Part shown: positions 54,701 through 63,303 of the stretch, piece after piece
Position numbering within the stretch: the stretch's first letter is position 1
Layout: each line of letters starts with the position of its first letter
DNA from: Botryllus schlosseri
Taxonomy: Eukaryota
Reading direction: 5' to 3'
Length of the DNA stretch: 64,000 nucleotides
NCBI GenBank assembly: GCA_051294905.1
Contig: CM119373.1
Span: 12,028,001 to 12,092,000, forward strand
The notes under the pieces: model-generated
The model's input: only the letters and a program-made list of their open reading frames with translations
Told to the model about the DNA's origin: nothing
Database searches by the model: none
Program-made: the position numbers and the translations under genes

Positions 54701-56457
54701 ATAGGTTTTAACCAACAGATGTTCGCGAAGCAATGCGACACACGAAAACACACAGTATTTGATCCTGCAAATGTACATGATGTGAAGCTTGCACCTAGCC
54801 TTAATACGTGGTTCAAAGCCATCATTTACCCTCGAAAGTGCTATCGCAAATCACATGTTACATCTTCAGACTACAAAGAAGATGTGAGGGAATATGGCAA
54901 GGAAGCGCGTGAAGAAACCTTTTTATGGGCATGTGCATGTCATTCTTATGCCTATGTTAGGTCTTGTCCTAAAAATATTGGATGTCAATAATACACGGAA
55001 TGAAATTCTTACGTTACTCTACTAAAGTAGGAGTAATACAGTACGCAACTATTTACCTGTATTAATCTAAATTGCTATTGAAAAGAAATGGACAGTTGGA
55101 TATACGAGGCAGACTAATACCGCACTCGAATCCCATGTATCTGTGATGTCAAAGTCGAATTGGTACTTTCATTCAGCGATGCAATTCTCCTAATTTCGAC
55201 TTTGATTCAAGTGCAATGTTCAATTCAATGCAAAATGAATTATGCAAAATGGTAGCAAATTCGGCGTCCTGTAATCGATGTAAATTGAGAAAAAAATTCT
55301 CTCGTCGCCACACATAACAGACAGGCTGAAAACAGGAATCAGACCACAATATGATCATTTGAACACATTCAAATGAGTCTTAAACAAGCTTTGCAATGCC
55401 AAATAAACTTCAAACTGCGAATAGACATGTTCACAAACTCATGGTTGAGTTTACATTCACAATAAGTTGAATTTAAATTAAATTCGAGTCGGGAATAGCT
55501 ATTTCAGCGGTAATCCATCCGGTTTCAACCATTAGTAATTCACACTCATGAGCTCCGACAGCCAGTGCCTCCCGCGTATGCTGAATATTGTGTCGATATA
55601 TGACAATAACCCAACAGGAATTAACTTTATAAAAATTTGAAACCTTTTATCAAGTTGCGAGTAGCTTTCGCAGACCAGGGAGAAACATTAACAATCAAGC
55701 GTACTAAAACCAGCACTGTATTCACAAACTTCTTTAAAATCCTGGAATTCACGATTCAGTAACCCACACAGGCGCGCGGAAGTAAAACCATGCCGTGTAA
55801 AACATTGTGCGTGCAATCATAAAACCAATCACGCGGAGCATTTCTACCTGCGGAATCACTTTGCAGTTGTGCTTGTGAATTATCCATCGTTGGTTCGGTT
55901 GAGGGATGGATAGCTGACAAATCGGTAATGGGAATATGCTTACACATTAACACATTGCACTAATCAAGTCTCGTACAAAGAAGATACAACGGATTCGGAA
56001 TATAATTACAGTCAAAGGAAAATATTTTTGTGGTCGCACTCCAAAAGATTTCTAATGCCGAATAATATCCCTAATCTCCCGCGCAAGTTGCTTTTATGCT
56101 TATATCTTGTAAGCACTTTATTTTTAGCAATGCTACCCCGTTATCGTAAACACGTACTTGCATGATCTTCACACCGAATTAAAATATTGAATTTATCTTA
56201 TATGTATCACGCAAAGTCAAAGAGTTTTGGAAGTAATGCAGAGGCGATAATGCTGAAGTAAGAGAACATTTCTTACACAATCATTAGATACAAAAAAACA
56301 ATATATAGATCTCCCGTCTAAACGCGCTATCGCGTCAGCTGTTAGTAATCAACGTACCTTCTCTGTTTTGTCGTTTCCTACTCCGTAACCCAGATACGGC
56401 ACATTCCAAACATATGCAGATCAGAGCGATCCTTGTCATCCACGAGGTCATAACCAT
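585..56457 (-). CDS. Lar: LAR-family (type IIa) receptor protein tyrosine phosphatase, N-terminal part (signal peptide, Ig1-3, FN3-1 to most of FN3-6); 18 coding exons; continues beyond the left edge
   Basis: The spliced translation matches hallmark PTPRF/PTPRD/PTPRS motifs in order: LPSGYP, WYKDF, LYVKRRV, NITCVAVGGPMP, SANYTCVAVS, ALPSAPG, SAPRN, GLGAFTP, PSAPPQDV, PPPGTHNG, PSGPPR. All 17 introns are GT-AG with matching phases. Confidence 0.95.
799..913 (-). CDS. Lar: Exon 17: FN3-6 first part (APSKPAMSIT...KVSWEPPVSTNGPLLNFILTYG)
   Basis: Acceptor TACTTTCTCAG, donor GG|GTAAGA; followed by a 71-nt intron (728-798). Confidence 0.92.
1126..1438. mobile_element. Foldback MITE with ~125-bp inverted arms (GCTGTTCAAAA termini)
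   Basis: GCTGTTCAAAA...TTTTGAACAGC termini; internal CCAACCGGTAGAAG and CTTCTACCGGTTGG are reverse complements. Confidence 0.75.
1827..1944 (-). CDS. Lar: Exon 16: FN3-5 second part (RHQLSNLQVDTYYSIQIAAATSKGAGEYSDAAVIKTRGP)
   Basis: Acceptor TTTGAATTCAG, donor G|GTGAGA; FN3 C-terminal strand pattern; phase 0 to 1. Confidence 0.9.
3773..4284. mobile_element. Family B hAT MITE, 512 bp, intact
   Basis: TIR TAGGGCTGGGCA / TGCCCAGCCCTA; perfect 8-bp TSD GTCATCAC; second copy at 38003. Confidence 0.92.
4689..4752. repeat. 32-bp tandem duplication (2 copies, 1 mismatch)
   Basis: AAGCAG(C/T)AACACGTCATGTGTTCATATAATGC twice. Confidence 0.9.
5181..5392 (-). CDS. Lar: Exon 15: FN3-5 first part (RPSGPPRHV...VKWSPPGTKQRNGKIVSYQLTY...RADIEN)
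   Basis: Acceptor TTTTCGCTAAG, donor AAC|GTGAGT; PSGPPR motif; phase 1 to 0. Confidence 0.92.
5423..6434 (-). mobile_element. Family A MITE copy, diverged, interrupted by a foldback element
   Basis: AGGGCTGTAAT start and GACTTGGTTATAACCCTA end correspond to family A termini in reverse orientation. Confidence 0.7.
5572..6188. mobile_element. Foldback MITE, ~620 bp, with ~140-bp TIRs; related to 1126-1438
   Basis: CTGTTCAAAAATAAC... versus ...GTGATTTTTGAACAA. Track ORFs 5509..5709(+) and 6021..6296(-) give similar peptides, confirming the inverted repeat. Confidence 0.8.
6715..7050 (-). CDS. Lar: Exon 14: complete FN3-4 (EPSAPPQDVRG...PPPGTHNG...GEGPCSASVEVLTDEA)
   Basis: Acceptor CCGTCAACAG, donor A|GTATGT; lies within track ORF 6638..7144. 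Confidence 0.95.
8067..8220 (-). CDS. Lar: Exon 13: FN3-3 second half (GNPVEVT...YEIKLAGRTSNGLGAFTPTLRIKTRQT)
   Basis: Acceptor GTCATGCAG, donor G|GTGAGA; GLGAFTP LAR motif. Confidence 0.94.
8427..8584 (-). CDS. Lar: Exon 12: FN3-3 first half (VPPQPGNFQG...LNWTAPDW...SYLLVYNCSESGCP)
   Basis: Acceptor GCCTTACAG, donor CCG|GTAAGC; phase 1 to 0. Confidence 0.92.
9134..9286 (-). CDS. Lar: Exon 11: FN3-2 second half (EWNHKEAEG...YTLTVTSINEFGEGPGSDPITVKTTTG)
   Basis: Acceptor TTATTTTCAG, donor G|GTGAGT; G-x-G-P-x-S-D-P-I-x-V-K-T motif. Confidence 0.94.
9397..9543 (-). CDS. Lar: Exon 10: FN3-2 first half (IPTSAPRNIKA...VVWQPPIEANGFITRYKIYYT...)
   Basis: Acceptor CTGATTTAG, donor G|GTGAGT; SAPRN and W-x-P-P-x-x-x-N-G motifs. 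Confidence 0.94.
10025..10140 (-). CDS. Lar: Exon 9: FN3-1 second half (YTLLGLKPFTLYEVSVSGINDLGEGCKSEPANFRTAGK)
   Basis: Acceptor GTCGTCTTCAG, donor A|GTAAGT; L-x-P-x-T-x-Y FN3 motif; phase 2 to 1. Confidence 0.93.
10499..10829 (+). mobile_element. Family A hAT MITE, 331 bp
   Basis: TIR CAGGGTTGTAA / TTACAACCCTG; TSD GTATATAG / GGATATAG (7 of 8). Confidence 0.88.
11096..11259 (-). CDS. Lar: Exon 8: FN3-1 first half (APGSLSLLE...ALSWAPAEDETPSSYVLYYRE...GSNT)
   Basis: Acceptor GATTTGCAG, donor AC|GTGAGT; FN3 Trp and Tyr motifs; phase 0 to 2. Confidence 0.92.
11924..12105 (-). CDS. Lar: Exon 7: Ig3 second half (ENGPSADPE...SANYTCVAVSEVNRIHFTTHVRVRALPS)
   Basis: Acceptor CTTTCTCCACAG, donor TCG|GTAAGT; SANYTCVA motif. 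Confidence 0.95.
12758..12883 (-). CDS. Lar: Exon 6: Ig3 first half (RRVFPSKFSIAP...NLNITCVAVGGPMPSVTWQK)
   Basis: Acceptor GCGTGTTGAAG, donor G|GTGAGT; near-identical to LAR-family NITCVAVGSPMP. Confidence 0.94.
14765..14875 (-). CDS. Lar: Exon 5: Ig2 second part (GTLQIRKTSNSDMAKYHCAAENSIGTAISKPAMLYVK)
   Basis: Acceptor CCCCCGTTGAAG, donor A|GTATGT; aligns with vertebrate GALQI...YECVATNSAG...LYVR. Confidence 0.93.
15560..16603 (-). mobile_element. Family A MITE copy interrupted by a second MITE
   Basis: CAGGGTTATAATGACTCGAG start; TGTGACTTGGTCACAACCCTG end. Confidence 0.8.
15806..16255. mobile_element. hAT MITE with many AAAAGTTGC subterminal repeats
   Basis: TIR core CTAGGGCAAGTTTTTG / CAAAAACTTGCCCTAG; TSD GCTATCAC / GTTATCAC. 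Confidence 0.82.
17971..18402 (+). mobile_element. Family A MITE, diverged copy
   Basis: CAGGGTGGTAACATAAGTCACAAG start; CGAGTC-rich body; ATACAACCATG end. Confidence 0.72.
19699..19881 (-). CDS. Lar: Exon 4: Ig2 first part (ESDLPSGYPVITIHP...CAAHGYPAPRMFWYKDF...LLPQ)
   Basis: Acceptor CCGTTTCAG, donor G|GTATGT; LPSGYP and WYKDF LAR motifs; phase 1 to 1. Confidence 0.95.
24287..25294. mobile_element. Non-autonomous hAT element (Buster-like TSD), 1008 bp, with an internal ~173-bp direct duplication
   Basis: TIR CAGCGGTTCTCAACC / GGTTGAGAACCACTG; perfect TSD GTTTAGGC (nnnTAnnn); duplication at about 24346-24520 and 24520-24697. Confidence 0.92.
26106..26197. repeat. Degenerate minisatellite of (GAT/GAC)ACCTATGGCC-like units
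   Basis: About six CCTAT(G/T)G-containing units in tandem. Confidence 0.75.
30816..31004 (-). mobile_element. Short family A hAT MITE, 189 bp
   Basis: CAGGTTGTAAT...TTACTACCCTG termini; perfect TSD ACTTCCGC. Confidence 0.88.
33041..33313 (+). pseudogene. 90-aa ORF, possibly a decayed non-LTR retrotransposon ORF1 N-terminus
   Basis: ATG start, basic Q/R/N-rich N-terminus, then LINALGLPRDEVDKVY. The resemblance to Tx1/L1-type ORF1 is by eye only. Confidence 0.25.
38003..40460. mobile_element. Second family B MITE, split by the 1.94-kb hAT element and truncated at its right TIR
   Basis: 38003-38315 matches 3773-4085; about 40290-40456 matches about 4110-4275. Confidence 0.88.
38341..40282 (+). 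mobile_element. Family C non-autonomous hAT element, 1942 bp, no transposase ORF
   Basis: TIR CAGTGGCGGCTCGT / ACGAGCCGCCACTG; perfect TSD CTTTAATG; homologous to 59739-62058. Confidence 0.93.
40457..40610. repeat. About nine tandem 15-16-bp units (GTCCATTCTCGGTAAT) forming one arm of a MITE
   Basis: Ends in GGTATTGGTATAGAACCG, the reverse complement of the left end of the element at 62381. Confidence 0.88.
51632..51809 (-). CDS. Lar: Exon 3: Ig1 second half (VSSNKFDIKTY...YNFTCKAQNSVGSDQRSAVVSVVS)
   Basis: Acceptor CTGTTTTAG, donor G|GTGAGT; C-x-A-x-N-x-x-G Ig motif; phase 0 to 1. Confidence 0.93.
54510..54634 (-). CDS. Lar: Exon 2: Ig1 first half (VAATITLEPFSQDALEQQPVALSCEAQGTPRPKITWSRNGRE)
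   Basis: Acceptor ATCTTCAG, donor GAG|GTGATT; Ig C-x-A-x-G-x-P-x-P-x-I-x-W motif; phase 1 to 0. Confidence 0.9.
56358..56457 (-). CDS. Lar: Exon 1 coding part: signal peptide MVMTSWMTRIALICICLECAVSG followed by LRSRKRQNRE
   Basis: ATG preceded by an in-frame TAA; hydrophobic core with a small-residue cleavage region (AVSG); donor AAG|GTACGT in phase 1, matching exon 2 (G+TT=Val). Too short for the ORF track. Confidence 0.8.
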
Positions 56458-57289
56458 GCTCGCTTTCAAGATTATCCGTTAAAACCAGTAGGCAGATAGT
56501 CCAGGAATACGCACGCTTCTACAGCACACGCTTTGTCGCATTGATCATATTCCAAACCAGATAATCAGTGCAGCGTTTGATAGAATATATATCGAACTGC
56601 TCTGGATAAAATCGGAAGTTGTTAACAATGACACTGCAGAAACCCGTTGCTCTTGAAATCCTAAATGATACACAACTGAGATTGGTTGCTATGATACCTC
56701 ACGCCTGCTAATATTTATGATTTCATCGATTGGCGATACTGGCATAAGCTCCCTTAATTCGCTATGGGCATTCATAATAATCAATCGGATCCAGAATGCG
56801 CTATACGCGTTTCGCGCTGTTGCTAATTAATTTAGGTCACCCTCACCGCGAGACGTAATTTAATCTGGCGACAACTACAAGAAGCTGATTGCTGTTCGAT
56901 ATTTCCTTCCACCTATACACGAGAACTTGAGTTACATGAGAATACCACATATCAAAGCAAAATTGAATGATCACTGAACTGAACAACGATATTGGAAATG
57001 TTTTCTCGTGAATGCACACCGAACAACTAAGTGAAACTGATATATATTCGACATTTATATTCACCCGCAACTTTGTGTGTCATATCTACCCACCGCAGCA
57101 CAGTTTGATAAAACGCTAAATGATACCCAGGATATATTTAATGCCGTAGCATGTAGTCATGTCACAACGAAATGCCCTCTAAACACTGGATTTACTAACT
57201 GCCTGTCTATTTTATTACCCAGATGAGGTCTCCCTTACGCTACACCCGGCTGAGAACACTTGAGGACACCCTGATCCATCCAACCTCCC

Positions 57290-57600
57290 ACCTGATATGA
57301 TAAGGTACGTACGATTAGACAGTCTCTGCCAATGTGACACACTGCGAAGGAACACCTCGAACACCTAATAACGAGCGATGATAGATCGACCATCCTAGCG
57401 ATATTTTGCCGAATTTCAATTCCTCTTACTCGGCTAGACGTTCAGTATATGCCGAGCCCCATGGCCATGGATACGTATTCTACAAGCATGTAAATCCAAA
57501 TAGCACCCCTCTTCGTACTACTGAGAAGTACGCCAACAGCTTATCCGTAACATAATATATAGTAGTGGGAGACTTCAACACCCATCTTCATTCGACTACA
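57290..57600 (+). mobile_element. Decayed LINE-type AP-endonuclease remnant
   Basis: YIVVGDFNTH at 57556-57585 (GDFN motif of APE-like endonucleases); weaker upstream motif echoes with stops and frameshifts. Confidence 0.45.
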
Positions 57601-59738
57601 ATTCTGCCACCGCCGCGTTTGCAACGTGCTAAGATAACCCACCAGCTAACAATGTCACTTACAAAGCACACATTCACTGCTAACGAGATGATTAATGCGG
57701 TGTCTGTTTAATATCCTACCAACGTCCAAGCCTCAAAATAGACCTCGTATCAATCGTCCGCAGTTACCTCGATAAGCTACCAAACAGTTGTGTGCGTTAT
57801 CGTTACACGCTCGTGGATTCTGACGTTTCATTTCATACACTCACCACCGCAAACCTTGCTACTTCAATAAATAACAATGATATGATATACTTTGTAGGGG
57901 CGCTTCACAACTCGCCAACGTTTCCACGCGGTTTTTCTATGCTCGCTATCGAATTGTTTACGCTCCGCACGCCGGAGTGCGGAGAAAGCGATACTCCAGT
58001 GATGCGAGAGAGTGTAGTCTGATTTGGGTAACTCTCATTGAACGATCAACGCTGTGTCCATCGGTCGTGAAACCCGCGTAAAGTTGCGGAGCTACCGGCG
58101 AGTTATTAAGTTGATAACGCCGGTAATCCACCTGTCCGATGCCAAAAGATCCTATGAATATAGATTGCTCGGGGGCACACTAGCAGTGACAAAACACTCG
58201 TTTGAGTTTCCAGGTCTATTGTGTCTCGGGGAAGTACATCGCATCATTGGCCTCTTACAGAGTTCATGCCATAGCCATTGCCTAAATGTAAACAGGCTTA
58301 AAATAGCTGGGAACATTATAAAACCGCAAATATGTCATACCTCGTATGTGATCACTGATCAATCGCCGGGATCAGTGATTGATAAGGTGACAATTATGCA
58401 GGCGAGGTTATCAAAATCATTACACCGTCTGTTCAAGGTTGTTGATTTACCAAATATATTGTAGAATTGACTGCGGTCTTAATTGTGTACTGTACTGCAT
58501 TAGTATGTTATCGACTGTTATATTTAGTGTGGAGGATTCGCATGCGTACTGTTTTCCAGCCTTGCAATATTACCCGATCTGTTCATTTCAGTTCAGTTTA
58601 TTAGTACAAATTTCATCAGATCAATACACCACAAGATTGCGATACAATGAAAAGATATAAGTATCGCAGGCCCCGATATGATAGTGTCGAAACAACTTGG
58701 AATAGTCTTTCAAATAAGACACCAAGTTGGGCCTAGGCGATGTAAAGAATAGGCATGTATTGTAAACTGAATGGAAAGTAATGAAACATAACACAATATC
58801 ATACATCTCATGGTTACAGCACTGCAGAATGTAGATTATGTCGAAATGGTTTTGTCGTACCATAGAAAAACAGGTCACTCTGAAAATCAGATAAAACCCG
58901 TCGTTTCCTGCTGGGAATTAACACTAAATAGGATTGCGTTCAACTTTCGGAGATTTTGAAATCTGCTATTTAAAAACACTGACCAATAAAAATTGAGTTA
59001 CGCATCAGTATTGGGATCTAGCATCTCCGCTAGAGATCCGCCAAGATCAAAGTATTGGAAAATCGAAGCTTTTCACAATCTAAACTGTTAATATTGCGTC
59101 ATCACGCGCCGCGTATCAAGTGTCGGTAATTCGGAAATTTTACTACGTACGAAAATAATTTGCATATCCTCCTTCCACATCAGAAGGTGTGATCGCAGTC
59201 AGTAAGGAAATCGTCAAACTGTTCCAACACTTCCAACGCTGAGATGCGCTGTTACAAAGACTGGTTTGCGGTGACAAAACAGCGGGTTATAGGCGTCATA
59301 CAATCGTTACCAGCGGTTTTAATCGTATCTACAGTAAAATGGATACATTGTTCTGGAAGAATCGCGAGTTGAAATATCTCCTAATAATTACTGCCCGCGA
59401 CTTTGCCGATGACAAACGGAAAGTTGTCTTCAGTCAGCATCGCTTTCGCATAATCGTGGATAGGGATAACAATTATTGTTTTTTTTTTAAATATTCTTGT
59501 GGAGTCATTGATAACGACAACAGAGTTATAGAATCGACGTCATTAACTACAAGGTCCAATATTTGCGGCAAACACCAAGCTCATGTACCCCTTAATACGT
59601 AAACATGTATATTGTGTATGTGTGCTGAAATGCTAATATATCTGAACGGATGAAGATGGGACCAGTTAATCCTGGGGTTGTTTCAAAGATATTACACCTT
59701 CACCATGTCTATGGTGCTTTCATACAACTCCCGTATAC

Positions 59739-62058
59739 CAGTGGCGGCTCGTGACAATATCGGGTGGTGGGGCAAGGGCTGCGAGCGACTTTTATCAACA
59801 TGACGTCACAATGGCGTTTCCAACGTAAAAAAGTAACTTTATGATGGTCACATGAATTTCCCGACAACAGTGATTTTAACGTAGGTGCCGCGAGAGGTCT
59901 GCCGGTGAGCCGTGACTTGAAGTGTGGTAACAAATGTTTTATTCATTTTTTTTTAATCAAAGGATTATTTTACATAATGTACGTGAACTAAGAATCGTCC
60001 CTATGCCCTAGTAGCATGCGTTATGATTTCATGGTAGAGTTAGAGATTACGCAAATCGATAGGCCCTAATTTTTCTAAGCCCGTCCGAAAGTGTTTCGTA
60101 CACGATCCTGGTGTGTTACGACCACGGAGCTGGTGGTTACGAGTTACGACCAGGTGATAGGCAACCAAAGCGGAGGTACCCGACGTACGATTGGATCAAT
60201 GGACTGGACAATTTTTAGACCTCTAATTTTCGCTCTAAAGGCAACTGCGTAAACTAGCCTACGTACGGAGCAAAGATTCAATACGATTCATGTTCGCACT
60301 TGACTTGACCAGACTAATTCCAATGACTAGAACTCGAGAGATTGCGTAAGCCTAACTGCAAAGGTCAACGACTTCGGACACTTACGCAATTGTTATCTCA
60401 TAGATTGGGCCTGTCATATTGAATCCAGAACATCAATTTGAATGGTCTTTGAAGAACTAAGGACAGCAGCCTCGGAACTTCGGTCTCGGAACAACATAGT
60501 ACATTTTGGCCTTGAAACTGGAGATTGTGACGCAACACATACGGCTTACTGTCTATAAGTCTGCTGCGAAATCGCCGTTGGAAAATATATTAATCATTAA
60601 ATACATGCATAAAAGCCGTAAACTTAGCATACTGTTACATGAAATCATCGAGAAGTAGCATTCGCAATCTCATAACCCATTCCGGCATGGTACACTGTCA
60701 AAATCAATACAAACAGACGAACACCGAACTTTGAGTCAAATAGATCGAGGAATAGGCTGATCAAATGATCAGCTGTTAGCCGACATCGAAAATGAATCGC
60801 ATTCGACAGGGGATTGTAAGCAAATGGTTTGAAGGCCACAATTTCACAGTGAAATGCACATAGGCGAACATAAAATTATGTGAATATTTGAATGCAAACC
60901 GAGAATCTTAGTTAGCTGTTTCATGCGATCATCGAGATATACCATTGGAAATATCATCACCGATCTCGTTATGGAACGCAGACTAGATTAGCACAGACAG
61001 ACACCGACTTTTGCGTGAGATCCGCAATGATGTAGCGTAGGTAGGCTAAGTATCAGATCAGCGCGCATCTCTACCATACTCGACTTCGAAAACGAAATAA
61101 CTGCCTCAATCATTGAGTGTCAACTTTAAGACTTGGCACCGTGTTCGATACTAAAATCAAGACATACTGTGCAAAAGCTCATGACAGATCTAGGTATGGA
61201 ACATCGTTAAAATCAATAGAGACCAATAACGGCTTTTGCGTAAATCTGTTAGCGATAAATGAAGAGTCAGCTCTCACTCGAATTTGGAAACGAAATTACC
61301 ACCCACATAGTTCAGTGACACACTTAAAACTTGTTACAGCGGTCGATACTAACATTAAGACTCACTGTGCCAAATGTCATGACCGATCTCGGTATGGAAC
61401 ATCGTCAAAATCAATGGAGACCAATACCGGCTTTTGAGTAAAATCTGTTTGCTGTACAATGTACATGATAGATCAGCACACACTGAACTTAGGAAACGAA
61501 ATTACTACCCTTATCTTCAAGTAGCAAGCCTGAAACTTGGAGCAGTGCTAAATACTACCTTCACGACATATCATACGAAGTTTCAAGAATTATCATGGTG
61601 CGAAACACCGTCAAAATCGACATATACCAGCAAAGGTCGACTCAACGCATATTACGGTAACCGAGTTCAGATATAGATACGATTGTTACATCACACCTTA
61701 GGGGCGAACAAGCATAGTTGCCCCACTTGCTCGGCCATTTTACGAATAGGAGAGAGTAAATCACCGTTTCTTTATTGTGCGCAGCTTTGAGAGAATAGAT
61801 AGTGAAAGCTTGTTATGAGCGCTACCGGGGCAAGCCCCGGCTAGGCATTCACAAAGCGAAAACACAGAAGAGACTTCGATTTTCGCAGAGACTTCGCTAT
61901 GTATGGGCATTTGTTAGCGAAAGCACAAGAAGAACGCGGGTTTCGCTATGATCTCGGTATATATTGATTGCTGTGCGTCTATAAATGGTTAAATTGTTAT
62001 TGAACAGAATTTTAGGTGGGGCAATGCCCCGGTTGCCCTATAGGACGAGCCGCCACTG
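59739..62058 (+). mobile_element. Family C non-autonomous hAT element, 2320 bp
   Basis: Same TIRs as 38341-40282; perfect TSD CCGTATAC; extra ~314 bp at 59932-60245; internal ~200-bp diverged tandem units at about 60560-61680. Confidence 0.93.
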
Positions 62059-62380
62059 CCGTATACTACGGACAATTTATACCCGTCATAGTCGACGGAT
62101 ACGATGGTGAGTGGTTGGAAACCTCGGAATCGTAGGACGTAGTTGCTTCAACAGTTACAGCAAGTAGATATAGATTATAGGTATGAAATGGGTGTTCTGA
62201 TGATGATGACCGCGGACCGTAAAAATGCTGCATATCAATGTGGTATATCAATGTAGTCGCGGTTAAAAATAATTTTCCAGTGTCAATGTCAATCCACTGT
62301 GGCGTCACAATTAAAGATTCGTTTCGTTTTGGCTGAACAAAAACAAAGACAAGATATGCAAACAATAGCCACGTTTTGCG

Positions 62381-62639
62381 CGGTTCTATACCAATACCGC
62401 GAAAACCATTACCGGGAATGGACTCCACGGAGAAAGGACATTATCGAGAATGGCCAATGCCAAGAATCTAACTTACCGAGTCCGAGCTGTCGAGAAATTT
62501 ATATCCGAGAATGGCCATCGATTGTGGCAAGGCCGTCATGCACATACACACGACCTGTACATAATACATAACATGCCTGCATTGCATTCTCGCTGGTGTC
62601 CATTCTCGGTAAAGGTTTTCTCGGTATTGATCGGACACC
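62381..62639. mobile_element. Unclassified MITE with inverted subterminal CCGAGAATGGAC / GTCCATTCTCGG repeats
   Basis: Left CGGTTCTATACCAATACCGCGAAAACC; right GGTTTTCTCGGTATTGATCGGACACC; related to 40457-40610. Confidence 0.7.
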
Positions 62640-62877
62640 ATTGTGAACATGTTTGTTTTGAATTGATTTTTGCTATAAATGAAACCTTAAGTCCATTTAT
62701 TCTTCGAAGTGTTTTAGAGATGCTCGCCTGTAACATATGTGCAAGTGCAAGATAAAGTATGCCTTAAATCTGTTCTTCAGGAAGCACACGCTTGAAAAAC
62801 CTTGCTGACAAGTCATAACTGTAAGTGGAGGGGGAGAGCAAAAGAATTTCCGCATCGTTTTTTGCACAGCTGGATAC

Positions 62878-63303
62878 CAGAGATGAGCGGATTTGAAATT
62901 TCCATGTCCTAATCCAATCCAAATCCGAACATTAAAATCCAAATCCAAATCCTAATCCATAACTTTTTCTTATTCAAGTCCATGTCCAATCCTAATCCGA
63001 TTCCAACTAGAAATTCAGAAAAAATACTAATTTATGCAATGGAGGGATTCGAAAATTTTCTTTCACAACCAACGATTCACTTGATTCAAGATAACTTAGT
63101 TACCATAACTACATTAATAACTGATCTGAATACAGTTTGTCGCCATTCGCCACACGACATTTCAATCTCCCAGAAAATAGGTAAATCCAATCCAAATCCT
63201 AATCCGTTCTGAAAAAATGTCTAATCCAAATCCAATCCAAATCCTACAAAATTTCACAAATCCTGTTTTTTCAAAACCTAATCCTAATCCGTGCTCATCT
63301 CTG
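62878..63303. mobile_element. hAT MITE, 426 bp, with AATCC subterminal repeats
   Basis: TIR CAGAGATGAGC / GCTCATCTCTG; perfect TSD CTGGATAC. Confidence 0.92.

Noticed and set aside
58054-58464. 136-aa ORF as LINE reverse transcriptase downstream of the GDFN motif
   Set aside because: No RT motifs (QGS, YADD) found.
59170-59480. Minus-strand peptide fragments (EVLEQFDDFL) resembling an exonuclease
   Set aside because: Multiple stops and no catalytic motifs identifiable by eye.
61117-61437. 106-aa ORF with an internal 66-aa repeat (CAKAHDRSRYG / CAKCHDRSRYG) suggesting a metal-binding protein
   Set aside because: It arises from the ~200-bp DNA tandem unit; the equivalent region in the 38341 copy contains stops.
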